Position numbers and translations under genes: made by a program. The notes under the pieces are model-generated. The model was not told where the DNA came from and ran no database searches. It saw only the letters and a program-made list of their open reading frames with translations. From contig NC_083409.1 of the NCBI RefSeq assembly GCF_020745735.1, positions 88,246,048 to 88,310,047 of the forward strand: a stretch of DNA of 64,000 bases, in the 5' to 3' direction. Each line of letters opens with the position of its first letter. The stretch's first letter is position 1. This document shows positions 63,622 to 64,000 of the stretch, piece after piece. This stretch comes from Hemiscyllium ocellatum (Eukaryota).

Positions 63622-64000
63622 GTTAGGTAGGATTCGGTCGGCGCAACATCGAGGGCCGAAGGGCCTGTACTGCGCTGTATCCTTCTATGTTCTATGTTCT
63701 ATGTTCTAAAGTGAACCACTCTTTCATGTGTCCTTTTGACCTGCAGGCACTGTGAACTTGGAAGTTTTACCAACCAGCATTGCTCGTGATACAGGACAAA
63801 GGAGCATCCTCAGGTTATCTCCAAAGTATTTCCAGCATCATTGTGGCTATATGTGTTCTGGGGAATGATATTACCGAGGTTGAAGAGAAACTAGTTAAAG
63901 TAGAGTGCATAGGAAAGGAAGTGACAGAGCAAAAGCCAAACCTATTTGTTGGTTGGTCATATTGTTGGCATCTTATGGTGCTTTATAGACCTTGGAACTC

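Larger units (their letters stand above)
60173..63706 (+). mobile_element. Young CR1 LINE, truncated within ORF1, ORF2 intact
   Basis: ORF1 remnant, full ORF2, 3' hairpin GGCCGAAGGGCC and (TATGTTC)n tail; TAAAG on both flanks (60168-60172 and 63707-63711). Confidence 0.97.

Overview
Repeat-dominated eukaryotic intronic or intergenic DNA, almost certainly from a cartilaginous fish (HE1-type V-SINEs, DeuSINE relics and shark-type CR1 LINEs). I could not identify a host protein-coding gene. The window holds many 5'-truncated CR1 LINEs, including one young copy with an uninterrupted 967-codon APE+RT ORF2 and a near-identical sibling. It also holds RTE, L2 and Gypsy relics, decayed Harbinger transposase and Myb-like genes, and about 18 Penelope-like insertions. 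Two signals stand out. (1) The Penelope-like pieces carry minimal type I hammerhead ribozyme motifs whose stems covary across three families; they often form foldback elements flanked by 10-17 bp direct repeats (target-site duplications, TSDs), and one encloses about 670 bp of unrelated cargo. (2) The CR1 ORF1/ORF2 overlap carries tandem -1 slippery heptamers (GGGUUUA and UUUAAAC), and ORF2 has no AUG until codon 126, which suggests programmed -1 frameshifting. Repeat family names come from motif recognition, not database searches, and the edges of decayed elements are approximate.
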